From assembly GCA_965644495.1 (NCBI GenBank), contig CBFFSA010000007.1, forward strand, positions 310,001-374,000: DNA of 64,000 bases, given 5' to 3'. Both the position numbers and the translations under genes were made by a program. The number at the start of each line of letters is the position of its first letter. The stretch's first letter is position 1. Positions 44,434-54,996 of this stretch are shown here, one piece after another. The notes beneath the pieces are model-generated. The model did not search any database. It saw only the letters and a program-made list of their open reading frames with translations, and was not told the origin of the DNA. Source of the DNA: Perkinsela sp. CCAP 1560/9. Lineage: Eukaryota; Protista; Euglenozoa: Kinetoplastea.

Positions 44434-45237
44434 CAGGGGTGTAAATTTGGATGTGGGGAGGGTCTAAAATGGGGGGCACATCACGTACCTCTGCCGCAAA
44501 ACTGACGCTCCCAAGGAGCAGCAAGGTGAATTGGATGCATGGCATGGGGGGAATGGTGTTATGGTTTGGATAGCAGCGAGTCTTAAGCATGGGTTTCACC
44601 TTCACGTTTCTCCTTCTGTTCGTTCTCAAGGAAACCGAGGTACAGTGACGGGGGCTATTTGATGAAGCCATGAAGAAGCGTGGAGGGTTAATTTCTTACC
44701 TTAAGCGGCACCGTTCTAGCGTTATTGCAATGGATAACTGTACGGTGCACAATCTGGCCAGGACAAGCTTTCAAGAAACAGGAATTACTGTTCTTCCTTT
44801 GCCGGCAAAATCACCTGATCTCATGCCCGTTGAAAATTTATGGTCCATAATGGACAATTTCAAAAATGGTTTGGCCCCTAGAAATCGTACAGATTTGATC
44901 ATTGCGATCGAAGCAGCGTTTTAAGATCTTCAAACGACACATTCTATAGCCTCTGAAAACGCTATGAAGAGCTTTCGTAAGCGATGCCGTATTGTGATTG
45001 AAAAGAACGGCGGAAACTGCAATTATTAATTTTTTTTTCTATTTTTTCCCGTGCTTTAGAAAGTTGCAAATCGCATTTGGGGGCCCTTTGTCGAGGGGGC
45101 AATACCCCCTTGTGCCTATCGCGGCCATGTTGCGTTCATGAGCCCTGTTCGAGAGTTCTCGAATGCGCTATTATTTTCCACAATTGGCCAAGTTTTACGA
45201 ATTTTAGACCCCCCCCACATCCAAATTTACACCCCTG
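44434..45237 (+). mobile_element. Tc1/IS630-like deletion derivative with a transposase catalytic remnant
   Basis: TA|caggggtgtaaatttgg ... acacccctg|TA; MDNCTVH..LPAKSPDLMPVENLW; same family as 31928-32667. Confidence 0.92.
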
Positions 45238-45399
45238 TATATACAATAGTAGTGAAATTTGCTAAAGATTTCCTAGAGATTAAATAAACTTCATATCGTG
45301 TACTTCAAATGTTTTAAATTTGCGTTAGTTGCTATTTTATAATTTGGTTTTTTGCTCCTCTTTTGACATGAGACGGATGACAAACCTTTTTCTCTTTGC

Positions 45400-46572
45400 A
45401 TGTGTTTAGCAGGCATATTATTGAACATCAGCGAGGAGATACCATTACTGATTTTTCAGAACCGCGACGAATTTGTTGAACGGGCGCGGACTGAAACTGG
45501 ATCTTATGAACTTGAGTTGGAAAGCGGTATAGTATGTGCACGTGACGTTAGCAGGAACGTACGCCAGCTTTGCTTGGAACCGTTTCACGACTCGCAAAAT
45601 TCGAAGCTAGATGAACCCCTCATCCACATTTCCGAGTTATGCTCCAAGAAAAGGAACACTCAATTAGGGAAAAAACTTTCTTCGGATATCTCGCTTCATA
45701 GCAGGGTCGATTTAGTAAACGCGAATCGCACTTGGTTTGGTATTAATCCAAGTCGCTCTGCTTTTGCCTTTCTTACTAATATTAGAGGGACTGCTAATGG
45801 GAACACCACACGAGGGGTCTTAGTCCCGGCGGTTCTTACCGGGAATTTGCCACTCTTGAATACCGAAGCTGCACGCTTAGTCACATTTTCTGGGTACAAC
45901 CTGTTTTACGGAGGGCTCACACATCATTCCTTACACGGGTGTAAAGCTTGTTTGTATTACAAAACTCACGGTGCAATCACCAATTCTTCCAATACGAACA
46001 CAAAAGCAAACGATGAACTGGTGGACCCGTTAGATCCGGGTATACATGTCATTGGTAACTCAACTCTTAATGACATGAGTTGGCCACGTGTTGGTTTGTT
46101 GCGAAAGAGGATCGAAGAGAGATTAGTTCCTTGTCTACAAAGTCTCAGTAAAACAACTTTTGAGGAAGAGTGCTTAGTCTCAGCAGATGCAACATGCCGA
46201 GATTCTTCCCCGATGGAAATCAAGCACATCATGAATATGGCTGCAGATCTGTTATGTGAATCATCTGACATAGATTCGAAAGCGTACCTCCAGTATACAC
46301 GGGATACGGATTCTCTAGAGCAATATCTAAGAAAGGAAATATTCCTTAAAGGAGTTTTTATCGAAGGAAAGAAATACCAAACTTGTGCTCAAAACGTACT
46401 TTGCATTCACCGAAGAAAACTTACTTGTAGTAATGGAGTCACGTCGACAAACCCTTTGTATCAGTATGAATATTTTTTTGAATCTTGGTACCGAACTACA
46501 CAAACTAATAGTAATCACGGAACCTGGGTAAAGACTAGATATAAAATAAATGTGGATGAACATGTAGAATAG
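45400..46572 (+). CDS. TANGO2/NRDE (DUF833) family protein
   Basis: N-terminal MCL, QNRDEF, TWFGIN..FAFLTN, TRGVLV, WPRV. Confidence 0.85.
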   Translation: MCLAGILLNISEEIPLLIFQNRDEFVERARTETGSYELELESGIVCARDVSRNVRQLCLEPFHDSQNSKLDEPLIHISELCSKKRNTQLGKKLSSDISLHSRVDLVNANRTWFGINPSRSAFAFLTNIRGTANGNTTRGVLVPAVLTGNLPLLNTEAARLVTFSGYNLFYGGLTHHSLHGCKACLYYKTHGAITNSSNTNTKANDELVDPLDPGIHVIGNSTLNDMSWPRVGLLRKRIEERLVPCLQSLSKTTFEEECLVSADATCRDSSPMEIKHIMNMAADLLCESSDIDSKAYLQYTRDTDSLEQYLRKEIFLKGVFIEGKKYQTCAQNVLCIHRRKLTCSNGVTSTNPLYQYEYFFESWYRTTQTNSNHGTWVKTRYKINVDEHVE

Positions 46573-46849
46573 GAGTCTCTGAAAGGAATCTAATTTTGTA
46601 AGCGTAGAGTCCACTCCGTAGGCCATTAAATTGGCCTTCATGTTGCTGTGTTAGAGACATCAATGGCGTTCCTTTATGAAATAATGTTATGGTTCACTAT
46701 ACTGCATAAAGGTGAGATTCCTTTCTTTTTAACGTATCCCGTTTATCCTTTTATAGATACGTGTGGTCAAAAGGCGACGCAAGACAAGGTCACACCTGTT
46801 ACCTCCTTCATACAGTGTAGCTCTCCACTGAGCAAGTGTCCATTGAGCA

Positions 46850-47665
46850 ATGTCAGCGGGAACGACTTTATCGTTCATCGTGGTATTCGGTCCTTCCATT
46901 CTGACTATTCCCTATTTTTATTGCAACCCGCCTTTGTTCATTCTTGCTTTACTTGGGGCTTTTGCGGAATTATGGAATTTACACGTTCTTGCTCTCCTGC
47001 AACTCATTTTCGCAAAGTTGTCGTACTGCAAATATATCGTTCTAGTGCTGTCTAACGCGTTCTGGCTTCTTCTTCATTGGACCCTTTACAGGGCTCTACA
47101 GCACGTTGAAGCCGAGTCAAATAAGCATGATCGAACCCTTATAAGTTCTCAGGATTATCCTCTTCCCCTTGGAGTAGCTTTCGGACTGGGCATTGGGTTA
47201 ATGAAGGCGTTACTCTTGTATTGTGTTTCACCAGCGTCACTGTTCACGAAAGAGTTGTCTTGCCTTTACCGGGACTACCTCAGTGATCTTTACTCAGCCT
47301 CTCTACTCTGTAGCATCAAAATATTTTTGGAAGCGTGTTGGACATGTGCCCTCTTGGGATGCCTGTTTTTGATTGCCTCGGGAGAGAACACTACGCCCTC
47401 CATCGAACGAACAGAAATAAGAAGACCGTTGAATTTCTCTCTCGAGTATTGGTACTCGTCGAACATATTTTTTGGGTTTATCCTTATCATGTTGATCGTT
47501 ACTTTTCGCATTATTTTCGTCATCATGCAATCAAGTAAGGGGGTTCTGGGGAGTACATTTTTGGTGATTATAATGGGAGCAACCGTCTGTATTACTTTTA
47601 GTGTTTATTGGCGTTTAAGAAAAGTACGCCACGTTGCTCCATTAGGACAGGTAGCAAGTCCTTAA
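46850..47665 (+). CDS. Gamma-secretase subunit APH-1-like membrane protein
   Basis: FIVVFGPS, ILALLGAF, GVAFGLGIGLM (GxxxG); about seven hydrophobic segments. Confidence 0.65.
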   Translation: MSAGTTLSFIVVFGPSILTIPYFYCNPPLFILALLGAFAELWNLHVLALLQLIFAKLSYCKYIVLVLSNAFWLLLHWTLYRALQHVEAESNKHDRTLISSQDYPLPLGVAFGLGIGLMKALLLYCVSPASLFTKELSCLYRDYLSDLYSASLLCSIKIFLEACWTCALLGCLFLIASGENTTPSIERTEIRRPLNFSLEYWYSSNIFFGFILIMLIVTFRIIFVIMQSSKGVLGSTFLVIIMGATVCITFSVYWRLRKVRHVAPLGQVASP

Positions 47666-47842
47666 GAAATAGTGTTAAGAAATAGTGCGGTGTATTTTAG
47701 GTCCCGAACTAGCTTTTCTTTAGGCCAATTATTATTGGTACGCGCTGAAAAAACTTCTAAACTTGATTATAACAACATCGAAAGGAATACCCTGCAGCGT
47801 CTATACACTGTACACATAGTACATCGTCACAATTAGAAACTC

Positions 47843-48622
47843 ATGGATTCGACTTATGATTTTCTTCTGCCAGCGGACCCCGACGCCCCTGAAGTGCCAT
47901 GGGCGTGGTCAGAATGGACTACATGCCGTGCGAATCTATACTCTACGCAAGTTGAGCGTCAGCTCGAGGGTATAGAAATGGTTACCCGTTGGGAGCTACG
48001 AGCAGGCGACGCCACTCGCCTGATTGATCTTACCGCAGCGTTAGTTCGCGTTGGAGTGTTGCATGAGGAGTTAGCGGAGTCTCTTCGAATGCGCGTAAGG
48101 TACAAAGATTCCTCGGTTCCAGATTCGCTTTCTCATGTTATTTGCGATGCACGTGGTCACGTCCATGTGCTCTGTTTGGCCTACTCAATGGCATTGGTTC
48201 GTCTCGTAAATGCAATTACGGATCATTTTCCTGTAACGCTGAACAAGGAGGGACGTAGTAGTGTGCGACAAAGGGCACAAGCGCGTGGGTTGCCACCGGA
48301 GCTAGTTACTCTTCGTCACTGTGCGACACATACCGAACTACCAGCTCTCCAAGAACTATTGTGCTGCAAAAAGGTGGCAATGGATTATTTGTGGAAGATA
48401 TATTGGAAGCCGCAATATGATTTGTTACAAAAAGCCCGCAGGAAATATGAGTCTAGCAAAAGTTCGAAAAAGCGAAATTTGCAAAAGGACGCAAAGGAAT
48501 ATACTGGCGAAGATAAAAGTGGACTGACGCACAGCAACGCGACAAAAGATCGGGAAAAAACTATAAGCAGGGTAAGAGAAGAGGAGTGCAGTGATCCGCC
48601 TTCCCCTCCTGATTTTGAATAA
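47843..48622 (+). CDS. LAS1: Las1 HEPN pre-rRNA nuclease
   Basis: VPW..EW, AYSMALVRLVN, GLP.ELVTLRHCATHTELP (RxxxxH), YLWKIYW. Confidence 0.88.
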   Translation: MDSTYDFLLPADPDAPEVPWAWSEWTTCRANLYSTQVERQLEGIEMVTRWELRAGDATRLIDLTAALVRVGVLHEELAESLRMRVRYKDSSVPDSLSHVICDARGHVHVLCLAYSMALVRLVNAITDHFPVTLNKEGRSSVRQRAQARGLPPELVTLRHCATHTELPALQELLCCKKVAMDYLWKIYWKPQYDLLQKARRKYESSKSSKKRNLQKDAKEYTGEDKSGLTHSNATKDREKTISRVREEECSDPPSPPDFE

Positions 48623-49041
48623 GTTGCGCTTCTCAGACTACTGGCTCGCGGTACCTTGTTTTCTTGCAAGAATGATTTTTTCGGTCCCTCCATCTTACCT
48701 CAAGTGTAGGTTTGTTTCGAGAGACTTTTCCCGCATCCTACCGGGGATGTCCCCGACAATTTGCCGGGGAACTCCCATCTAATTAGCTTTGTTTTTTGGG
48801 GATGTTTTTAGCGATGTTTTTTGACTGGGTCACCAAGCGCTGATTTTACCAGAGCCGGACGACGCTGTGTTAGGAGAGTCAACGAAAATTAATTTCTACC
48901 GTTAAAAGAAACAAAAATAGCTTTCCTTTCCTTATGCTAAGGTTCCTTAGAGTTTTTGCTCTTATTAGAATTATTCGTACTCAGAAAAATACATGATTTT
49001 CTTATACTGATTACCAACGAGGTCATCGTTGCAAAAGCTCC

Positions 49042-49989
49042 ATGACCAGTACTTACTCTCTGGCCAAATTTCTTACATCTGCTAGAAAACATAAAACAGA
49101 GGTTGGCTGGCATAAAATCATTGAATCACTCCGTGAGCTTGAAAGGACGGCTCATATGCGGGGCTGTTTTGATCTTGCATTACGCACCAAAGGGACAAGC
49201 TCCGATTCTCCAGTAGGTAAGGTACAACAATTAAAAGTATGGCTTAGTACCCTGCCGTGGGAGATTGAAAATGGACTGAATCGATATCCCGAAACCGGTA
49301 TGGGTGGAAATAAGCTTCAGGAATCTACTCTATTTCTACCACATGCAGACTCTACCACTTCTTTTTGCGCACAACTTGATTATTGTTCCAATCAGCCTCA
49401 CGGCATGCTTTTTTACCACGACAAGCCGTCAACCTATCGAGCCCCACATATTTATTGGATATCCAAAGTTGAGTTTGATCTCGACCTAGCTATGTACAGC
49501 GCATCAGGAGAAATTCTAGGGTCTTTTCCTCAAGGATTGAGGCGTGGTGACACAGAACGAATACTTCAATGTCCACAGGGAACTCAGTACGTCCTGGAAA
49601 CGCAGAAAGGGGTGCTCCCCGCTCAGCATAGTGCAATTCTTTGTTCCGCGGGGGATAAAAGTTTCAGCGGTCACAGGAGAGTTCGATACACCCCCCCTTT
49701 GTTAATCGAAAATGAAGTGGTTAAAAAAAGTAGTTCATTAATTGAGTACGATTTTGACAACCTAAGTTCGAACATGGCGTGCGAAATAGCTCTACGACGA
49801 TCAATTGACGCAGAAGTCATACGCCCTCTGAACGGTTTTCTTACAAATCGGGATGCTCTTGTCTCCTTTTCGCCACGATTAAGACCTCGATGGTTAATTT
49901 ATCGAACAAACGACCCTTCGCGCACGCAATTTACAGTTTCTATTCAGCTTCTCCGAAAGTTAAATCTTACATGCCCTACATTCCTTTAG
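49042..49989 (+). CDS. Hypothetical protein with a DUF192-like segment
   Basis: GMLFY..YWISKVEFDLDLAMYSASGEI..YVLETQKG. Confidence 0.55.
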   Translation: MTSTYSLAKFLTSARKHKTEVGWHKIIESLRELERTAHMRGCFDLALRTKGTSSDSPVGKVQQLKVWLSTLPWEIENGLNRYPETGMGGNKLQESTLFLPHADSTTSFCAQLDYCSNQPHGMLFYHDKPSTYRAPHIYWISKVEFDLDLAMYSASGEILGSFPQGLRRGDTERILQCPQGTQYVLETQKGVLPAQHSAILCSAGDKSFSGHRRVRYTPPLLIENEVVKKSSSLIEYDFDNLSSNMACEIALRRSIDAEVIRPLNGFLTNRDALVSFSPRLRPRWLIYRTNDPSRTQFTVSIQLLRKLNLTCPTFL

Positions 49990-50247
49990 CGCAACATTCT
50001 TTCAAAAAAGCAATGGAGAGTGCTTCTTTATCACTGCGCAGTTCATAGAAATAGTTGCTTCGTTAAACGCGGTAGTTGTTTTCAACATACAGGTTGCTTT
50101 CAACGTGTACAAGGCACTGCCGCTGCGCGCCTCATGTTGAAAACTAAGCGCATGTTTAACGAAGTGACTGATGATTTCATATTTTTAAAGCTGGAAGATA
50201 GAGCTGTATTACCGACTTGCGCATATGACGCAGTCATATAAACTTTA

Positions 50248-51353
50248 TGAGGGGCAGCGGGTCGCGAGGTTTCACGAGGTTTCGCGAGGTTTCACCGAGG
50301 TTTCGCATCCACAATAATTTTGTAGGGGTGATCACCGGAAAATATTGATTATTTGTTATTTTAGCAAAGTGCTCTTTTAATTTATGTACACACATACTTT
50401 ACCCCCCTAGTTATCAGTAACTTTCTGGCACTTCGATTTTTTCGTCGACCCCCCCTAGTTATCTGTCACCTTTTAAAAATAGTAATTTTTAAACCCAGAT
50501 TGAAAGGGGCGAGGGAGATACAAGCGATCTTGAGCAAATAATTTTTTTTTCGATTTTTTTAGTAAAATGTCGATGTCGGGAATCGAACCGCGGACGTTCA
50601 GCGTCAAAATGGAACCACTCTACCAACTGGACTACTCAAAGGACGCTCCTTAGTCAACCAGTTTGTCGTATCGCAGACCTTTGCACACGCACTTTTTTAT
50701 ACGAAAAGTGTTCTAAAATTTGGGAAATACGGTTGTTTTAGATGATTTTTGGAGTATTGAAGAGTTCATCCAATGACCTATTGCTATGTTTTGGAATTTT
50801 GAAAAAAACTCGATCTTATGCTTCTTTGACGATCTTTTTCAGTTTTTGGAATTAACCTTAGTAAGCGAGTTAGATACTCCGTATCTCCCTCAATTAATGT
50901 TAAATAGTATAGAGCAAAGCAATTGTAAGACAAACAACTCTTTTTTCACGTCTTCTGACCCTTTTGAAAAATAAAAGATGCGGTGCAGATTGAATTGGTT
51001 CTGATGTATGGATCATTGTGCGTGAATCCTCAGTATGAGTTTGCCACATACATTAACAGATCTCTTAAAATTTTCAATGAAGAGAACCAATGCCTGTGTA
51101 GTCGTGGTTGTGGCGTTGCTGAACCGATTTTTGAAAGACGTTAAAATGAATTTATCTAGCACTGAGTATTGCTGTATTTCTATTTTATTTTATTTGCTGA
51201 GTTGTTGGACGACAAACACTTGAGCATGGCTTTGAGGGATTTTAGCTGAGTTTCGCGAGGTTTCACCGAGGTTTTAACCTCGTAAAACCTCATTTTCAGG
51301 AGGTTTCACTGAGGTTTTACGAGGTTTCGCGAGGTTTCACCCGCAGCCCCTCA
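50248..51353. mobile_element. Unclassified MITE with gaggtttc subterminal arrays
   Basis: TIR tgaggggc(a/t)gcgggt flanked by TA on both sides; exact termini and TSD ambiguous. Confidence 0.8.
50568..50644 (-). pseudogene. Degenerate tRNA-like sequence (A box, B box, T4)
   Basis: Minus strand tagtccagttggtagagtgg...ggttcgattccc...catttt; stems are poorly paired. Confidence 0.55.
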
Positions 51354-51363
51354 TATTTATATA

Positions 51364-52077
51364 CAGGTGTGGGCACGAAAATGTGGGGGAGGTCAAAATT
51401 TATATAACTTGGCAAATTTTTGGAAAGTAGCACCGCATTCGAGAGCTCTCGCAGAGTTACGTGTCATGTGATAATGCGTTTCCCGCATTTTTAAATTTTT
51501 TAAAATAATACAAAAAATCTTATACAAAAAAGTGCAAAATTCTGCAGTTAGGTCACTTTTTCGCTTTTTCCGTCCTCCTTTTTATTGGATAGGTCAGAAA
51601 AGAGCATTTTCAAATGATAGAAAGGTACAGAAACGTGACATGGGCTGTTACAGTTATTGTGGACAAATAAAAGCCTCCCATAATATCTTCCAGGTAAAGA
51701 AATATGGTTCAAGCAGGTTGTCATGAGAAAATCGGAGGGAATTACATGTTGCACTAAATTCAGACATTGAATTATTAAAGGGAGAACAACATGGCGTGTT
51801 CTTAAGTGCTTTACAGAGCATGTCTAGGTGAATTATGATTGTACTTGAAAAAAAATGAGGATCCTTGCGGAGATTATTCACTTTTTTTTGAGTTTTTTGA
51901 AGTTGCAGTCGTCACTTTTACCCCCTTTGGCATAGAGACCTACCCCCCTGGATACGGGAAACGCATTATCACATGACACGGAACTCTGCAAGAGCTCTCG
52001 AATGCGGTGCTATTTTCCAAAATTGGCCAAGTCACACGAATTTTGACCCCCCCCCCACATTTTCGTGCCCACCCCTG
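51364..52077. mobile_element. Tc1-like MITE with ~125-bp TIRs
   Basis: TA|caggtgtgggcacgaaaatgtggg ... cacattttcgtgcccacccctg|TA. Confidence 0.92.
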
Positions 52078-52427
52078 TATGCGTATGACGCAGTCAGTAA
52101 TACAGATTATTCAAAACCAGTCTCGGAGTCTTCACTCCATTGTTTGCTGTCACACCTTTGCCATATATTACTATAAGTATATATTACTACTAAGTATAGT
52201 AGTCGATTGGTTAGCGGTATTTGAGCGACATACTACGATTTTTTTTTACACCATTTGTTCATCATGGACCTCTCCAGATGTACTACATTTTTTTCTTTAA
52301 ACTGCTAAACATTTAGCAGTTACTGTGTTTCGAAGTAGGTGAATTCAATAATTTCGCCAGAGATTTATATGCTACGACATAACAGTCAGAAGGAAGAACT
52401 CTCTCTTATAAAACTTGGGAATTTTCT

Positions 52428-52997
52428 ATGCTTTTCCCTACCACTGTGCTTCAGCGGAAAGCCATTGTCCGTAGCAAGACGCGACTCAATGGGGCACCGG
52501 GTCCTCTTCGCATAAAGTTATTTTCCGATCGTCGGGTACCAGCGGTGCAACGTTTTTCTGACATTATTGTGGCAAGGCGGCATACGCCATACAATCCTGG
52601 TCGACGCGTCATTCACTACATGGGAAAACATGTTCCTCATCCTCAAAAATCTCTTTGGTCTCCCGATAGTCCGATTCCACAGGATCGTCATTTATTTAAA
52701 ATGACAACTTTGGACATTGATGCCTTCAAGTATTACTATGGCGTAGCACGAGCTGATCTAGATCCCAAGGTTTGGGAGATTTTATCTCATGCTGGTCTGT
52801 TACCTCCTCCATATGAAAAAATTAATTACATGCTTCCTATGCCCATTTTTGATAAGTCATCACTGTATCGCTACTATTTAAGAAAAAGACCCAGCGTAGA
52901 AGAGCTTGAGAGGCGAGACTATTTGGATTATAGCAACGGAATGGTTCGAACACCAGAGGAGCGAGCTGCTCGAATGCCGCAGGAGCCTTGGCTATAA
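52428..52997 (+). CDS. Mitochondrial ribosomal protein bS16m-like
   Basis: LRIKL..IIVA..GRRVIHYMG..P.P..LDIDAFKYYYGV..VWEILSHAGLLPP. Confidence 0.65.
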   Translation: MLFPTTVLQRKAIVRSKTRLNGAPGPLRIKLFSDRRVPAVQRFSDIIVARRHTPYNPGRRVIHYMGKHVPHPQKSLWSPDSPIPQDRHLFKMTTLDIDAFKYYYGVARADLDPKVWEILSHAGLLPPPYEKINYMLPMPIFDKSSLYRYYLRKRPSVEELERRDYLDYSNGMVRTPEERAARMPQEPWL

Positions 52998-53342
52998 GAC
53001 AAGACGAAACACGTACCTTAAAATGGGGCATAGTGAATAATGGCCCGAACGATATTTTATTCACGTTTCCGTCATTAAGTTTTGGCACATTGTTCTTTAC
53101 TTGGTGCGTAGAGAATGTAATGCAGAGCAGTCTGCATCCGGGACGTACTGTGCACTCTAAAGTTTCCAAACATATATTTATGTTGAGTATATTTTTTTAT
53201 GGATTTCTTTTACGGATTTTACGTTCTTTTACTATGATGTTCACTTTTTTATAAATTGTGTATGCAATTTAAGTAGTGTGCGTCCATTTTTTTTAAATTT
53301 TGATCCTATCGATCGTATTCCAGGGGGCGATCTTGATTTCTC

Positions 53343-54464
53343 ATGCATAGCACGAAAAAACGAAGTAGTGCAAAGAAAGATACAAATGAGTCCTCGAAAT
53401 TAGCGAAAAAAGTTCGTGGCAAGGGCATCAAAGGTTCCGTAACGCAGAAAGTTGTTACGGACGAAGACACCCAGGTGAACCCACTTTGTGTCGGATGCGA
53501 AGCCGTAATAGGAGAGTCAGTGTCGTGTCGTTGTACATGTTGCGAACGGGTTTTTCATAGAGAGTGTGTTCTCTATTTGGGAAACAACAAGATGAAACCA
53601 CGGATTCGAATAAAATGTCCTTATTGTCTTTTTCAAGAACGAGTCATTAGCAACCATGATTTGGATTCAACACTCTTGGAAGAAGCTAAAACATTCAACA
53701 AACAGGGGTATGTCGTTCCTACTTGCTTGGGCTTCTTATCCAGAGAGGCGAAGGATTTACAAGTTCTCATTATGAACGAGTTTGATCGTCTCTCTGAGGC
53801 ATTTGCCTACCAAACTCGAGTACTTGATCCAACCGAAGGATTTTCGAACTTTAGGCAAAGGGGCTCGGGGCGCTTTGAGATTATTCCGCATTGGCTTCAG
53901 AATTATGTTGATGAAAAACTTTCGCCACTTCCGTGGCTACCGCTTGTAAGAGCTATATTAGGTCCCGATTTCGTGTCACATGGGATGGGTGTTTTTATCA
54001 GTACGCCCGGTGCAGAAGCACAAAAGTATCACACGGACGGACCTTGCTTGGACTACACGCGGGATCTACCGTGCCATGCACTGAACGTGTTCGTAGCTTT
54101 GGACGACGTAGGCCCGAAAAACGGTACTGAAATTATTCCAGAATCTCACCGAAAGTATATGACGGAAAGCAGTGATCGACCTCTTTTTTCTAAGAAGCCT
54201 TTGAAAAAAAAGAAATCGTCTTCGACCCCAATACAGAATAGGGAAACCTTTCCTAGGAGACCAACTAAAGATTCAGTGGTACCTGTCGTCACCAGTGGTG
54301 ACATTTACCTGTTTGATTATCGAGTGCGACATCGCGGAGTCAGAAATGCGACAGGAATGTCACGACCATGTGTGTATTTCACGTACACCGTGCCTTGGTA
54401 TCACGACGTATATAACTTTAGCAAGAGGAGGTACAGAAGTGCTTTAATTCCAGTAGCGGAATAG
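53343..54464 (+). CDS. PHD-finger plus PhyH-like 2OG-Fe(II) dioxygenase
   Basis: CVGC..CTCCERVFHREC..CPYC; QKYHTDG, NGTEIIPESH, GDIYLFDYRVRHRG..N..R. Confidence 0.85.
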   Translation: MHSTKKRSSAKKDTNESSKLAKKVRGKGIKGSVTQKVVTDEDTQVNPLCVGCEAVIGESVSCRCTCCERVFHRECVLYLGNNKMKPRIRIKCPYCLFQERVISNHDLDSTLLEEAKTFNKQGYVVPTCLGFLSREAKDLQVLIMNEFDRLSEAFAYQTRVLDPTEGFSNFRQRGSGRFEIIPHWLQNYVDEKLSPLPWLPLVRAILGPDFVSHGMGVFISTPGAEAQKYHTDGPCLDYTRDLPCHALNVFVALDDVGPKNGTEIIPESHRKYMTESSDRPLFSKKPLKKKKSSSTPIQNRETFPRRPTKDSVVPVVTSGDIYLFDYRVRHRGVRNATGMSRPCVYFTYTVPWYHDVYNFSKRRYRSALIPVAE

Positions 54465-54996
54465 CAATCGTTCAACCTGTATAAAATAAATCCTTATACA
54501 GTCTTCATGAAACATACCTGTGACTTACTGCTCGAATGTGTTTATGATCGTTGGCCTAACGGGGTTTGATCGGTTTTAGGGGTTGCATTGGGTTTGATTT
54601 TATGAATAAATTCATACACGAAAGTTGCGTACCTTCCTACCAAATTTTTAAACTGAACCAGATGTACAGTTCGCCGAGTATAGAAAGATACGTACGGCAT
54701 GATATTTTTAGTTGTGTTCTAAATTGAACTTTGAAGTGGTTAAAAGTTAGAGTACAAGTGATGGGTATATTCTTTAAATGACATAGTTTTAGTACTTCCA
54801 TTCTATTTGATAGTTGCATTTGATTTTGGCGATGTGATTTTTGGTCTACGAAGCCAATTTTCATACGAATTTATTTCACGGAAATATCTGACGTACAGAA
54901 CTGAAACACCTGGTGTACTGTCATGCTATGTAAATTTGAAGCGGTTGCATTAATTTCCAATTGTCTAGTATCACTTTACTATAGTCTACCTGTATC

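Noticed and set aside
50568-50644. Functional tRNA gene
   Set aside because: Acceptor, anticodon and T stems do not pair properly; kept only as tRNA-like.
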